Source: a bacterium (GTDB lineage Bacteria; SAR324; NAC60-12). Taken from it: DNA of 64,000 nt. This document shows, piece by piece, positions 29,872 through 39,455 of this stretch (its first letter is position 1; each line of letters starts with the position of its first letter). Position numbers and translations under genes: made by a program. The notes under the pieces are model-generated. The model was given only the letters and a program-made list of their open reading frames with translations, was not told the DNA's origin and ran no database searches. The stretch covers positions 160,001-224,000 of the forward strand of contig CBDDTI010000747.1 of the NCBI GenBank assembly GCA_965233585.1. Reading direction: 5' to 3'.

Positions 29872-30555
29872 CTAAAGCTGAACTTTAATCCCCGGTCCCA
29901 TTGTGGAACTGACTGAACATGACTTCATGTAAACTCCCTTAGATGTAGAAGGCTTCAGCTTTTTGACTTCATCTAAAAATGCCTCCACATTTTCTTTGAG
30001 TTTGTCTTCTTGAAAAGAAGCACGTCCCACAGGGGCATGCAAATTAGAATGTTTGTCCACACGAAACTCAATTTTTCCAGACTTGATTTCTTTGACAATA
30101 GATGCAACATCAAGCGTGACTGTGCCAAGTTTGGGATTGGGCATTAAACCACGAGTTCCCAAAAAACGTCCAATCTTTCCTACAAGCCCCATCATGTTAG
30201 GGGTTGCCACTACACGATCAAATTCAAACCAACTTTCTTTTTGAATCTTTTCAATCAAATCTTCATCTCCCACAAAGTCTGCACCTGCCTCTATGGCTTC
30301 TTGAGCCTTTTCTCCCTTTGCAAAAACAAGAACACGCACATCTTTTCCTAGCCCATGAGGTAGTGAACATGCACCCCTGACCATTTGGTCTGCTTTTCTT
30401 GGGTCAACACCCAAGCGCAAGGACACTTCCACCGTTTCATCAAACTTGGCACTTGCACACTTTTTGACTAATTGCAAAGCCTCAAAAATAGGGTAAAGCT
30501 GTTGTTCTTCAAAAGTCCCTTGAAATGCTTTTTGTCTTTTACTTAATTTTTTCAT
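29872..30555 (-). CDS. rplA: 50S ribosomal protein L1
   Basis: [34 protein letters not shown]. Confidence 0.97.
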   Translation of the reverse strand: MKKLSKRQKAFQGTFEEQQLYPIFEALQLVKKCASAKFDETVEVSLRLGVDPRKADQMVRGACSLPHGLGKDVRVLVFAKGEKAQEAIEAGADFVGDEDLIEKIQKESWFEFDRVVATPNMMGLVGKIGRFLGTRGLMPNPKLGTVTLDVASIVKEIKSGKIEFRVDKHSNLHAPVGRASFQEDKLKENVEAFLDEVKKLKPSTSKGVYMKSCSVSSTMGPGIKVQL

Positions 30556-30568
30556 TCAAAACCTCTTT

Positions 30569-30994
30569 TTAACTTGCTTCTATTTCAACGCCCATGCTTT
30601 GCGCAGAACCAATGACACAACGTTTTGCTTCTTCCAACGAGTAACAATTCAAGTCAGGTAGTTTCGTTTTTGCAATGTCTTCTACTTGTGCTTGGGTCAA
30701 AGTACCTACCTTTTCAGTATTGGGGGTTGCTGACCCTTTGTCAAGGTTGAGTGCTTTTTTAATGAGTTGCGAAACAGGAGGAGTTTTGGTGATAAACGTG
30801 AAAGTCCTGTCAGAGTATGCCGTAATGACGACAGGAACAATCGTGTCTAAATCCTGCGTTTGTGCATTGAAACTCTTGCAAAATTCCATGATGTTTAGCC
30901 CACGTTGTCCTAATGCTGGACCAATGGGTGGAGAGGGAGCCGCCTTGCCTGCGGGAATCTGCAATTTGATGTATCCAATAATTTCTTTTGCCAT
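30569..30994 (-). CDS. rplK: 50S ribosomal protein L11
   Basis: [23 protein letters not shown]. Confidence 0.97.
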   Translation of the reverse strand: MAKEIIGYIKLQIPAGKAAPSPPIGPALGQRGLNIMEFCKSFNAQTQDLDTIVPVVITAYSDRTFTFITKTPPVSQLIKKALNLDKGSATPNTEKVGTLTQAQVEDIAKTKLPDLNCYSLEEAKRCVIGSAQSMGVEIEAS

Positions 30995-31012
30995 GTTGAT
31001 TTTTATTTGATG

Positions 31013-31612
31013 TTAAGATCGTTTGATATTTTCAGGGTCCACTTCCACAGGAGTCATTCTTCCAAAGATGCTTACAAAAACTTGTAATTTCTCACCATCG
31101 CCACGAATCTCACCAACTGTGCCATTGAAATTGGAAAAAGGACCTTCTGTAATGATGACTTTTTGACCTGTTTCATATTTTTCTGTTGACGCTGTTTGTT
31201 GCGCACCGCTGTTGATTTGGTCAATGACAGACCGAAGCTCTATGGGACTGACAGGCAAAGGATTGTCTTTGTCACCACCAACAAAACCTGAAACACGTGG
31301 GGTGTCCATTAGAATATGCCAAAGGTCATCAGTGAGATTTGCCAAGATGAATACATATCCGGGAAAGTATTTTTGCTTGACGACACGTTTCTTGCCTGAC
31401 CTAGTCTGAATCACTTCCTCACTAGGAATAAAGAACTTTTGAATCAAATCTGACTTATGAGCGGCACGTAAACTTTCTTGTAGAGACCTTTCTATGCGAC
31501 TCTCATAACCTGTTTGCGTCTGCAAAATATACCACTTGAACTGATCGCCCTCACCTCCTTCAAGTAATTCTTCTAACAATGGAGATGCTTGGGGTTGTAA
31601 ATCTGAATCCAT
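31013..31612 (-). CDS. nusG: Transcription termination/antitermination factor NusG
   Basis: KWYILQT, FPGYVF, TPRVSGFVG, KOW GPFSNFNG, SIFGRMTPVE. ATG at 31612. Confidence 0.93.
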   Translation of the reverse strand: MDSDLQPQASPLLEELLEGGEGDQFKWYILQTQTGYESRIERSLQESLRAAHKSDLIQKFFIPSEEVIQTRSGKKRVVKQKYFPGYVFILANLTDDLWHILMDTPRVSGFVGGDKDNPLPVSPIELRSVIDQINSGAQQTASTEKYETGQKVIITEGPFSNFNGTVGEIRGDGEKLQVFVSIFGRMTPVEVDPENIKRS

Positions 31613-31623
31613 ATCTAAAAAAA

Positions 31624-31809
31624 CTAATAAATCAGGGCTTGCATCACTTGAGACAACCCTGTGTCCACAGTCCAGAGAAAGACTGCAATGATGGCTGAAA
31701 GGATGACAACCACGTAAGTAGATTTGAAAGTAGCTTGCCTCGTTGGCCACTCCACTTTTTTAAATTGAGACTTGACACTCTCTAAGAAACCTTTGGTTTT
31801 GTTGATCAT
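31624..31809 (-). CDS. secE: Preprotein translocase subunit SecE
   Basis: FKKVEWPTR plus one TM helix; lies between tRNA-Trp and nusG. Confidence 0.92.
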   Translation of the reverse strand: MINKTKGFLESVKSQFKKVEWPTRQATFKSTYVVVILSAIIAVFLWTVDTGLSQVMQALIY

Positions 31810-31823
31810 ACACTGTTTTGATA

Positions 31824-31899
31824 TGGCAGGCCAGGCAGGATTTGAACCCGCGACCGCCGGTTTTGGAGACCGATGCTCTACCAGCTGAGCTACTGACCT
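31824..31899 (-). tRNA. tRNA-Trp(CCA)
   Basis: AGGTCAG...CTCCAAA...TTCAAAT...CTGGCCTGCCA cloverleaf. Confidence 0.95.
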
Positions 31900-31949
31900 G
31901 AAAATACTACTGCAAAAGATAAAAAAAGAGGAACATGAAACACTCCGTG

Positions 31950-32024
31950 TGGAGCCTGAGAGCAGGATTGAACTGCCGACCTCTTCCTTACCAAGGAAAC
32001 GCTCTACCACTGAGCTACCCAGGC
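31950..32024 (-). tRNA. tRNA-Thr(GGT)
   Basis: GCCTGGG...TTGGTAA...TTCAATC...CAGGCTCCA. Confidence 0.93.
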
Positions 32025-32039
32025 ATCATACGTCTTTAA

Positions 32040-32124
32040 TGGTGGGGAGAGAAGGATTCGAACCTTCGAAGGCTGAGCCGTCAGATTTACAGTCTGATCC
32101 CTTTGACCGCTCGGGAATCTCCCC
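32040..32124 (-). tRNA. tRNA-Tyr(GTA)
   Basis: GGGGAGA...CTGTAAA, long variable arm, ...TCTCCCCACCA. Confidence 0.95.
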
Positions 32125-32136
32125 CTTCAAACGACA

Positions 32137-32212
32137 TGGAGCTGGCAATGGGACTCGAACCCGCAACCTGCTGATTACAAATCAGCTGCTCTACCAATTG
32201 AGCTATGCCAGC
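32137..32212 (-). tRNA. tRNA-Thr(TGT)
   Basis: GCTGGCA...TTTGTAA...TGCCAGCTCCA. Confidence 0.95.
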
Positions 32213-32341
32213 GATAAGTAAAACCCGCCATTCTATCTTGGTTACTTGAATGAGTCAAGTGAAGAAGCAAAAAAATCTTTATAAAACACTTAAAATGAAT
32301 GTTTAAGAGTGAAAAATATTGAAACAATTTGAATAGACATT

Positions 32342-34012
32342 TTAAAACTGCAAAGCATACTGAAGTTTTGCAGGAAGCCTTTGATTGGCAGAGACTGCAA
32401 ATGCCGTACTTTCGTGAATAGTCCCAAATTGCGGACAACGCCATGTCGGTTCTTGTGAGAGGTGTTTGGACGTCAAAAGCACTCTGGCTTGCTTTCCTTG
32501 GATGACTGCTTGATTTTCATTTTTTTGAAAAATGGTCAGTTCATGTTGAAAGTGAATCATACTTTCCACCAAAAATGTCCCTGTGCCTTCAAAAGTATCG
32601 GTCACCTCAAAAGTCTTGTCTTTCACAGAACAATGAATTTGACGTTTACACTTGAGATGACCACCAATCAGTTGAGAATATCCCCAAAATTCTCCTGCAA
32701 ATCGGAAGCCTTCTTTGTCAGCCTTCCAAATGACATTTTTTGGGGGGTAACGTCTTGCGACGCGGAAAGATGCCCAGCATTCTGCCTGATTGGTTTGGTT
32801 CACACAAAAAGTGTTGTGCGAACGGGTTGCTCGTACGTAATCCCTCATCTGTCCTGCCTGATACTCAAAAACACCTGCATCAACGACAATCTGCTCACCT
32901 GCCACAGACAGCTCATAGCTGAATAAATCAGCATGGGCATGAGCAGGAATGTGATTAGGCGCAATCTGCCCTGCTTTGATGACAAAATAAAAGTCATCAT
33001 GGCGATACGTCCAAAATCCTGTTTCTTCAAAACAATCTTGAGAAGGAAACGACCCAATGAGACGCAAGGCATAAGCCAAAAGGTTTTTGGTAGGTGGTGC
33101 AACCTCGTGTGTAGAATCATTAAACAGAGCAATTAATCCGTTTGGGTGAGTGAGTGCCTGCAAAAAAGTACTCATCTGTTTGGCAGTTGCAATGAAATCA
33201 TCAGCTTGGTCTTTCAAGAGATTGATAATGTCCAAATAGGCTTCCAACATCAAAGCATGATACATGGGACTCCGTTCAAAATAACCTCCATCACTTAACA
33301 CTTGTTTAGGAGTTTCTTGCCTTAAAATGTCTAATCCTCTTCTTAACCAAAGTTTGCCGTGTGCAGACCTTTTAAAAAAAACACCTGCAAAAATCAAGGC
33401 TTTGGCATTTTCTAGCAAATGGTTGGCAGGGTGGTAAGTTTCTAGGTGGTGGAACAAAAAATCTGCTTGCACAAACAAACTTTCAAGACACTTTGGGTCA
33501 GTCAAGTTTGCCTTGCACCAGTTGACAATTCTCAAAGAAAGCGGATAGGAATGCCAACCTAATGTGCCGACTGGATTGGCATCAATCCAACTTTGAGCAA
33601 TTTGTCTCTGTCCTTCAGGTTCTAACAAATGCAAAAAATGGAAATAGTGCAAATGAAATCTCCAAAGCAAAGACTGCTCTGCTGTATTCCAACAAACAGG
33701 AAGACCCAAATCAACTGTTCGGTTCAGGAAGCAAAACTTCCCTTCTTTCAGCTTTTCTGCCTCATTCCAAAACTCATGATGTAAAAAAGGAGTTTGAGGA
33801 AAGATGCCAACGTCTGCAAAATCTGCTTGGCTAAAGGCAAGGGGTGAATAGCTTAAAAAACGTGTTTGAATCAGTGCAAAAAGACGTTTATAGATTTGGA
33901 AGGGATAGACAAATTTGAGGGTGTGAAAATAAAGACGTATCTTTTGCAAAAAACTTGTCTTTTTCAAGATGTTGGTTGTAGGTGGCGTGAATGGTGTTGG
34001 TGTTCCTTGCAT
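32342..34012 (-). CDS. Heparinase II/III-family protein
   Basis: LWRFHLHYF, ANHLLENAKAL, ERSPMYH, HAHADLFSYEL, RATRSHNT. Confidence 0.88.
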   Translation of the reverse strand: MQGTPTPFTPPTTNILKKTSFLQKIRLYFHTLKFVYPFQIYKRLFALIQTRFLSYSPLAFSQADFADVGIFPQTPFLHHEFWNEAEKLKEGKFCFLNRTVDLGLPVCWNTAEQSLLWRFHLHYFHFLHLLEPEGQRQIAQSWIDANPVGTLGWHSYPLSLRIVNWCKANLTDPKCLESLFVQADFLFHHLETYHPANHLLENAKALIFAGVFFKRSAHGKLWLRRGLDILRQETPKQVLSDGGYFERSPMYHALMLEAYLDIINLLKDQADDFIATAKQMSTFLQALTHPNGLIALFNDSTHEVAPPTKNLLAYALRLIGSFPSQDCFEETGFWTYRHDDFYFVIKAGQIAPNHIPAHAHADLFSYELSVAGEQIVVDAGVFEYQAGQMRDYVRATRSHNTFCVNQTNQAECWASFRVARRYPPKNVIWKADKEGFRFAGEFWGYSQLIGGHLKCKRQIHCSVKDKTFEVTDTFEGTGTFLVESMIHFQHELTIFQKNENQAVIQGKQARVLLTSKHLSQEPTWRCPQFGTIHESTAFAVSANQRLPAKLQYALQF

Positions 34013-34113
34013 GTTTGGAAACTCATGTTTGGCAAAGTAGGAATCATCATAGGCATTTTGAATAAAATCACAAGGAAAGATACAATAGTTGCATTGGTTT
34101 GATTGATTGAAAA

Positions 34114-35271
34114 ATGATTGAGAGGTTCACTATGCAACAGATGAATTTGACTTCAGGCACAGAACGAATCCAGCAAATTTGCAAAAGAGATGAGCGATTG
34201 AATCGTATCTTGCAAAAGCTCATTGAGCAAGCTCCTCTTTCTGCAGAAGACGGATTAGCCCTTTATGAACATTACCCCCTAGAAACCTTAAAGGTTTTGG
34301 CAAATTGGAAGAAGCAAACTTTGCATCAAAACAAGGTGTTCTACAACCGTAATATCCACTTAGAACCGACCAATCGCTGTGTGTATTCATGTAAATTCTG
34401 CTCCTTTTACAGACCTGCCAAGCAACCTCATGCTGACGGAGCATGGGATTATTCTATTGAGGACATAGACCAGCTTTTAGAAGCCTATCGCCTTGACCAA
34501 ATTACAGAAATCCACATCACAGGGGGTGTCCACCCTGACCATGATTTAGATTGGCACATTCAGCTGATTCAACATTTGAAGGCAAAAGCTCCACATATTC
34601 ACTTGAAGGCATACACAGCAGTTGAGGTGATGTTCATGGCTCGTAAATCACGCAAAAGCTTTGTAGAAACTTTGCTTGCTCTCAAATCCGCAGGGGTTGC
34701 TTCGTTGCCCGGTGGCGGTGCTGAAATCTTTAATCCTGTCGTCAGACGCAAAATTGCAGGGGGCAAAGCACCTGCTCATTGTTGGCTGGAGATTCACAAA
34801 GAAGCTCATCAAATCGGGTTGTCTTCCAATGCCACCATGCTTTACGGGCATGTAGAGTCATTTGAAGACCGCCTTGACCACATTCTCCAAATCCGTAATT
34901 TACAGGAAGAAACAGGCGGGTTTCACTCCTTCATTCCCCTCAAGTATCGTCATGCAAACAATGAACTTTCTTACCTAGAAGAGCTTGATGAAACTGATGA
35001 CTTAAGAAACTATGCTGTCTGCCGACTGATGCTTCACAATGTCAAACATCTCAAAACATACTGGGTCATGTTAGGAATGGAAACAGCAGAAAAGTCATTG
35101 CATTATGGGGTTGATGATTTTGACGGCACTGTCAGCGACACAACAAAAATTTATTCTATGGCAGGGTCTATCAAAACACCCACCTTGTCCGTGCAAGACA
35201 TTTGTGCTTTGATAGAACGCAACCAACTCCTTCCCGTAGAAAGAAACTCTGTTTATCAACAACTCTCTTAA
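34114..35271 (+). CDS. mqnE: Aminofutalosine synthase (radical SAM, CofH/MqnE family)
   Basis: TNRCVYSCKFCSF, EIHITGG, PGGGAEIF, NATMLYGH, HLKTYW. Confidence 0.85.
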   Translation: MIERFTMQQMNLTSGTERIQQICKRDERLNRILQKLIEQAPLSAEDGLALYEHYPLETLKVLANWKKQTLHQNKVFYNRNIHLEPTNRCVYSCKFCSFYRPAKQPHADGAWDYSIEDIDQLLEAYRLDQITEIHITGGVHPDHDLDWHIQLIQHLKAKAPHIHLKAYTAVEVMFMARKSRKSFVETLLALKSAGVASLPGGGAEIFNPVVRRKIAGGKAPAHCWLEIHKEAHQIGLSSNATMLYGHVESFEDRLDHILQIRNLQEETGGFHSFIPLKYRHANNELSYLEELDETDDLRNYAVCRLMLHNVKHLKTYWVMLGMETAEKSLHYGVDDFDGTVSDTTKIYSMAGSIKTPTLSVQDICALIERNQLLPVERNSVYQQLS

Positions 35272-35309
35272 ATCCAAAAACGATTTAATGCTTAAAGACA
35301 ACTCTTAAA

Positions 35310-35936
35310 ATGTTTTCAGGAATTGTACAAAAATTGTGCCGTGTGTCCCAACTTCAAAAAGAAGCCAACATCTTGAAGTTGGAAGTTGACCTTGAGGAAC
35401 TGGCAGAAAACCTTCAATTAGGTGCGAGCGTTGCCATCAATGGCATCTGCCTGACTGTCGTGTCTATCCAAAACACTAAAGCCACTTTTGACGTCATTCA
35501 CGAGACCTTGCAACTGACCAATCTGCAAAGTTTAGAAGTGCATGACTTCGTCAATGTAGAAAGGTCATTGCGTGTTGGTGATGAAATTGGGGGTCATCAG
35601 GTGCAAGGGCATGTTGACGGTACGGGGGTCATTACAGAAGTCATCAATGATGGCATTCAGTACAAGGTTTGGGTGTCGTTTCAACCTCAATTCCGATGCT
35701 ACCTTGTGCCGAAGGGGTGGGTATGTGTTGATGGCGTCAGCTTGACTCTGGTGGACATCAAAGAAGACACATTTGCAATTTGCTTGATTCCTGAAACTCT
35801 GAAACGCACCACACTTGGATTGAAAAAAGAACAATCGCTTGTCAATCTGGAATTTGATGCTTTTGTCAAAACGGTAGTTGCTGTGATGAACGAACAACAG
35901 GCAAACACGTGGCTAACAAATGAAAAGCAAGGCTGA
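35310..35936 (+). CDS. ribE: Riboflavin synthase alpha chain
   Basis: MFSGIV, GASVAINGICLTV, VNVERSL, GGHQVQGHVD. Confidence 0.93.
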   Translation: MFSGIVQKLCRVSQLQKEANILKLEVDLEELAENLQLGASVAINGICLTVVSIQNTKATFDVIHETLQLTNLQSLEVHDFVNVERSLRVGDEIGGHQVQGHVDGTGVITEVINDGIQYKVWVSFQPQFRCYLVPKGWVCVDGVSLTLVDIKEDTFAICLIPETLKRTTLGLKKEQSLVNLEFDAFVKTVVAVMNEQQANTWLTNEKQG

Positions 35937-35960
35937 ATCTGAAACGTCAAGTCTTCAACG

Positions 35961-36758
35961 ATGAATCTCTCCTTTGCTTATTCTCCTTGCCCCAACGACT
36001 CTTTTGCTTTTTATGCACTAGAAAAAGGATTGGTCTCCTCCCCCAATTTTCAAATCACTACCAAACGTTTTGCTCTGCACCAGCTAAATCAAATGCAGGT
36101 GGACTTGATGAAAGTCTCGGCTGTGCAATCGTTTGCTCTTGCCGAAAGCTACCAAATCCTTCAAACGGGTGCATCATTTGGAATGGGCTACGGTCCTTTG
36201 GTTGTCTCAAAAAATCCAGCTCTCTCAAAGCCTAATTCTGTTGCCATCGCAGGTCAGCATACAACATCGCATCTTTTGTGGGAACTTTGGAATCCAAACT
36301 CAGCGATTCATCAGGTGTTCATGCCCTTTCATCAAATCCTTTCTGCTGTCTCCAGCCAACAAGTTGACGCAGGTGTCATTGTCCATGAATCAAGGTTTTG
36401 TCTGGAACGAGACGGACTGGTTGCTTGTCAAGATTTAGGAAAGTTTTGGCATGAGCAATTTCAACTCCCGTTGCCTTTGGGGGTGTTGGTTGCCAAAAAA
36501 AGTTTAGGACAAAAGACAATCCAAGAAGTGGAAGAGCTGATTCAAAAAAGCATCTTGTATGCACAATCTCACCGTTTGGATTTGGCACAGCATGCCATGC
36601 TGCATGCACAAGAAAAAGACATCCATGCTGTCCTGCAACACATTGATTTGTATGTCAATGACATGTCTCTCAAGTTTTCAGAAAAAGGACATCAGGCATT
36701 GCAACTTTTAAAAAAACAACTTTTAAAAAAGCAATGTTTTGAAAAAACGTCTTCTTGA
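35961..36758 (+). CDS. mqnD: 1,4-dihydroxy-6-naphthoate synthase
   Basis: YSPCPND, GMGYGP, IVHESRF, LPLPLG, HIDLYVN. Confidence 0.9.
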   Translation: MNLSFAYSPCPNDSFAFYALEKGLVSSPNFQITTKRFALHQLNQMQVDLMKVSAVQSFALAESYQILQTGASFGMGYGPLVVSKNPALSKPNSVAIAGQHTTSHLLWELWNPNSAIHQVFMPFHQILSAVSSQQVDAGVIVHESRFCLERDGLVACQDLGKFWHEQFQLPLPLGVLVAKKSLGQKTIQEVEELIQKSILYAQSHRLDLAQHAMLHAQEKDIHAVLQHIDLYVNDMSLKFSEKGHQALQLLKKQLLKKQCFEKTSS

Positions 36759-36861
36759 AAAAGCATCTTGATTTTTGACTGCCAAGTCATTTTGAGAAAT
36801 CAAGAATTTTTAAAAAAGCAGAAGTTTTTAAAAAGCAGAAATTTTTTAAGAAAATAAGATT

Positions 36862-37836
36862 TTATGCCTTATTCAAAGACAGATTTTGCATCAAACCTAA
36901 ATGCTTAAATAAGTCTTGTAAGTCTTGGGGCAGTGGAGCAAGGCATTGGATTGTTTGATGTGTCAATGGGTGCGTGAAGGTCAATTCTTTGGCATGAAGT
37001 GCTTGCCTTGAAAAAGAAGAGATGCAAAGCCTCTGTTGCAATGAGGGCATTTTGGGAAGTTTGAAGTGCTTTTTGCCGTAAAGCTGGTCTCCTAAAATGG
37101 GCAGACCTTGAGACTTCAGATGCACCCGCACTTGATGCGTCCTGCCTGTTTCAAGAGTGCATTCTAACAGCGTCAAAAATGAATGCCACCGTTCTAAAAT
37201 CTTCCAGTGTGTGATGGCATCTTTTCCTGTGTCGGTGATTGCCATGGTTTTACGTTTTTTGGAATGCCTGCCTAGCGGTGCATGGATTGTCCCTTTAGGG
37301 GCTGATGGTTCTCCGATGACGAGGGCAAGGTAACGTCTGGTGATGGTGTGATGAAAGAATTGATTTGCTAAGTGTTGATGTGCTTCATTGGTTTTGGCAA
37401 CGACCAATGCCCCTGACGTCCCCTGATCCAAACGATGCACAATTCCCGGACGCATCGGATCAAGGTCAGAAAGACTCTTGCAATGGCTCAAAAGGAAGTT
37501 CACCAACGTTCCTGCTGAATGTCCTGCTGAGTGATGAACAACAAGATTCGGTGCTTTATTGACCACAAGCAAAGCCTCATCTTCATACAAAATTTCAAGT
37601 TCCCCTTGTTGTGCTTCAAAACTCATTGTTTCTGCTTCTGGCAAGGCAAGGCTGATCTCATCGCCTGTTTGGACTTGATGGGAACATTTGACGACAGATT
37701 GATTGACTTGAGCCAAACCTTGATCAATCAATTTCTTAGAATGAGAACGGGATTTGACAGAGGCATGTTGCATCAGCACAAGGTCAAATCGTTGCAAATG
37801 TTGGTCAGGTTTGACACAAAAAGACTCATACCTCAT
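36862..37836 (-). CDS. rluD: RluA/RluD-family pseudouridine synthase
   Basis: S4 domain, RPGIVHRLDQGTSG, LETGRTHQVRVH, RQALHA. Confidence 0.9.
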   Translation of the reverse strand: MRYESFCVKPDQHLQRFDLVLMQHASVKSRSHSKKLIDQGLAQVNQSVVKCSHQVQTGDEISLALPEAETMSFEAQQGELEILYEDEALLVVNKAPNLVVHHSAGHSAGTLVNFLLSHCKSLSDLDPMRPGIVHRLDQGTSGALVVAKTNEAHQHLANQFFHHTITRRYLALVIGEPSAPKGTIHAPLGRHSKKRKTMAITDTGKDAITHWKILERWHSFLTLLECTLETGRTHQVRVHLKSQGLPILGDQLYGKKHFKLPKMPSLQQRLCISSFSRQALHAKELTFTHPLTHQTIQCLAPLPQDLQDLFKHLGLMQNLSLNKA

Positions 37837-37839
37837 GGC

Positions 37840-39147
37840 TTAAAACGTCTTCTGGTAAGTGATGTTGCCACCGTCCCAAAAGTTGTCTAAGAGTTCATCA
37901 AGATTGTAAGTGGTTGTCCAAAGCAAGCTCCCTGTGTCTGCTTCATGCAAAATCTCAAAACTGATGCGCAGTTTGGCTTGAAAAGAAGACTCTTGGTCTG
38001 GTGGCTTGTCAAATGCTGGATAGTCAATAGTTCTTTCTACCCAACCTGCATACAATCCATATTCCCAAGCATACTGGGGCTTCCAGTGATGTTTGAAGAC
38101 GTTGTAAACTTGTGTAGAAACCAGTTGAAACTCCTCACTTTTTTTAGGACTCTGCTTGACCTCAAAATCATTGCCAAATTCATCATAACGCACTCCCAAC
38201 GTCCCAGACCACTGACGAGACCATAACTTCTCCAAAAAGGAATGTACCATCAAATAACTAATCACTTGATGACGTTCATCATTGAACAGTAATGCAGTGT
38301 TTGGTTCTTCATTGCTTTGAGCCTCATCAACTTCATCAGATTTGTCAGGCTCTAAAAACTCACGTGATTTTTCAAGACGGAAAGTGCGGGACTCTATCGC
38401 CCAAAACGCATCGTCAGAAAACTCTTGTTCTATCAAAAATTGACCTTGTTGGCTTTGATGCTGAAAACGTCTTGAGGAAGACTCTAACTTCATCGGCGAG
38501 CTTTGTTGTATGGCAAAAAAAACTTCCCACGCGCCAACAAGCCAAGCCATTTGCAAGCCATCTTCTACCGCATGGGGGTTCATCTCAGAGTCATCTTGAG
38601 AGTTTTTTTCGTTGTAAAACAAATCCTGCCTTAAATGAGTTGCCATGATGTAAGAGTTTTGCAAATCACCCCACCGCAACATGCCTCCATAATCTGCACG
38701 CCTCTTGTCATATTGGGGCATTCCCAAAAATCCAAAAGACCAATCCCTCCAAAACTCCCATTCTACCCCCACATGATAACGGAGCGGCTTAATCTCATAA
38801 AATTCTTCATGGTTAAGGACAAAATGAGTTGTCATCTCATCTGTAACGACGTATTGATGTTTCACTTGAAAATGAAGGTAAAGATGGTCCATGCCCAGAC
38901 TGCCACCCGTCATGCGCCAGCCACTTGCAGACCGACGCCATTTGCGATTTTGCTCGGGAGCAAAGCTATAAGATTGAATGTCTAAAAAGTTCTCAGGGTT
39001 CAAAGCCGCTGGCGAAATGTCTATCGCTCCATCAAAAGCAGATAACGAAGAAACCATCGTCAAGGAAGCGAAAGAAAAGATGAGCTTTTTAAAAATCAAT
39101 CGCTTAAAACGTCTTTTAAGACACACGGCAGAGGTGTCTATATTCAT
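37840..39147 (-). CDS. Hypothetical protein, probable outer-membrane beta-barrel
   Basis: Signal-like segment, aromatic-rich amphipathic strands, C-terminal ...ITYQKTF. Confidence 0.6.
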   Translation of the reverse strand: MNIDTSAVCLKRRFKRLIFKKLIFSFASLTMVSSLSAFDGAIDISPAALNPENFLDIQSYSFAPEQNRKWRRSASGWRMTGGSLGMDHLYLHFQVKHQYVVTDEMTTHFVLNHEEFYEIKPLRYHVGVEWEFWRDWSFGFLGMPQYDKRRADYGGMLRWGDLQNSYIMATHLRQDLFYNEKNSQDDSEMNPHAVEDGLQMAWLVGAWEVFFAIQQSSPMKLESSSRRFQHQSQQGQFLIEQEFSDDAFWAIESRTFRLEKSREFLEPDKSDEVDEAQSNEEPNTALLFNDERHQVISYLMVHSFLEKLWSRQWSGTLGVRYDEFGNDFEVKQSPKKSEEFQLVSTQVYNVFKHHWKPQYAWEYGLYAGWVERTIDYPAFDKPPDQESSFQAKLRISFEILHEADTGSLLWTTTYNLDELLDNFWDGGNITYQKTF

Positions 39148-39364
39148 TGGCTCATTCCTTTGAAAATTAAAAATCAAGCAAACCTTGTCAGTTTTGGATA
39201 GTTTTTTGCGGTTTATTTTTTTTGCAGTTTAAAACGGATTAGTCATTGTAACACCTGATGCCGAATCTATCATCTCACGCAACCATCTTACACAGTATCT
39301 CATCAAAAAATCATACATTCCTGTTCTCAAACCCCAATCAAGGAAAATATTTTTTATGTTGCTT

Positions 39365-39393
39365 GTTGCCATGCTTCAAAGATTCAAGTATCA
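39365..39393 (+). promoter_or_regulatory. Sigma70-like promoter of RCC1 lipoprotein 1
   Basis: TTGCCA-17-TATCAT; homologous motifs occur upstream of the paralog. Confidence 0.5.
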
Positions 39394-39455
39394 TCTATCA
39401 ATCCTAACTGGTCATTTATCTAAACTAACAATTCACCATACTAAAAAAAGAGGTC

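Noticed and set aside
31613..32010. Extended nusG (31750) and secE (32010) starts from the ORF track
   Set aside because: The extensions overlap secE and tRNA genes. Real starts are 31612 and 31809.
31949..32444. ORFs 31949-32221 and 32175-32444
   Set aside because: They overlap tRNA genes and are shadow frames.
36760..36860. TTTTAAAAAGCAGAA tandem and hairpin between mqnD and rluD
   Set aside because: Low-complexity AT-rich terminator region with nothing further supportable.
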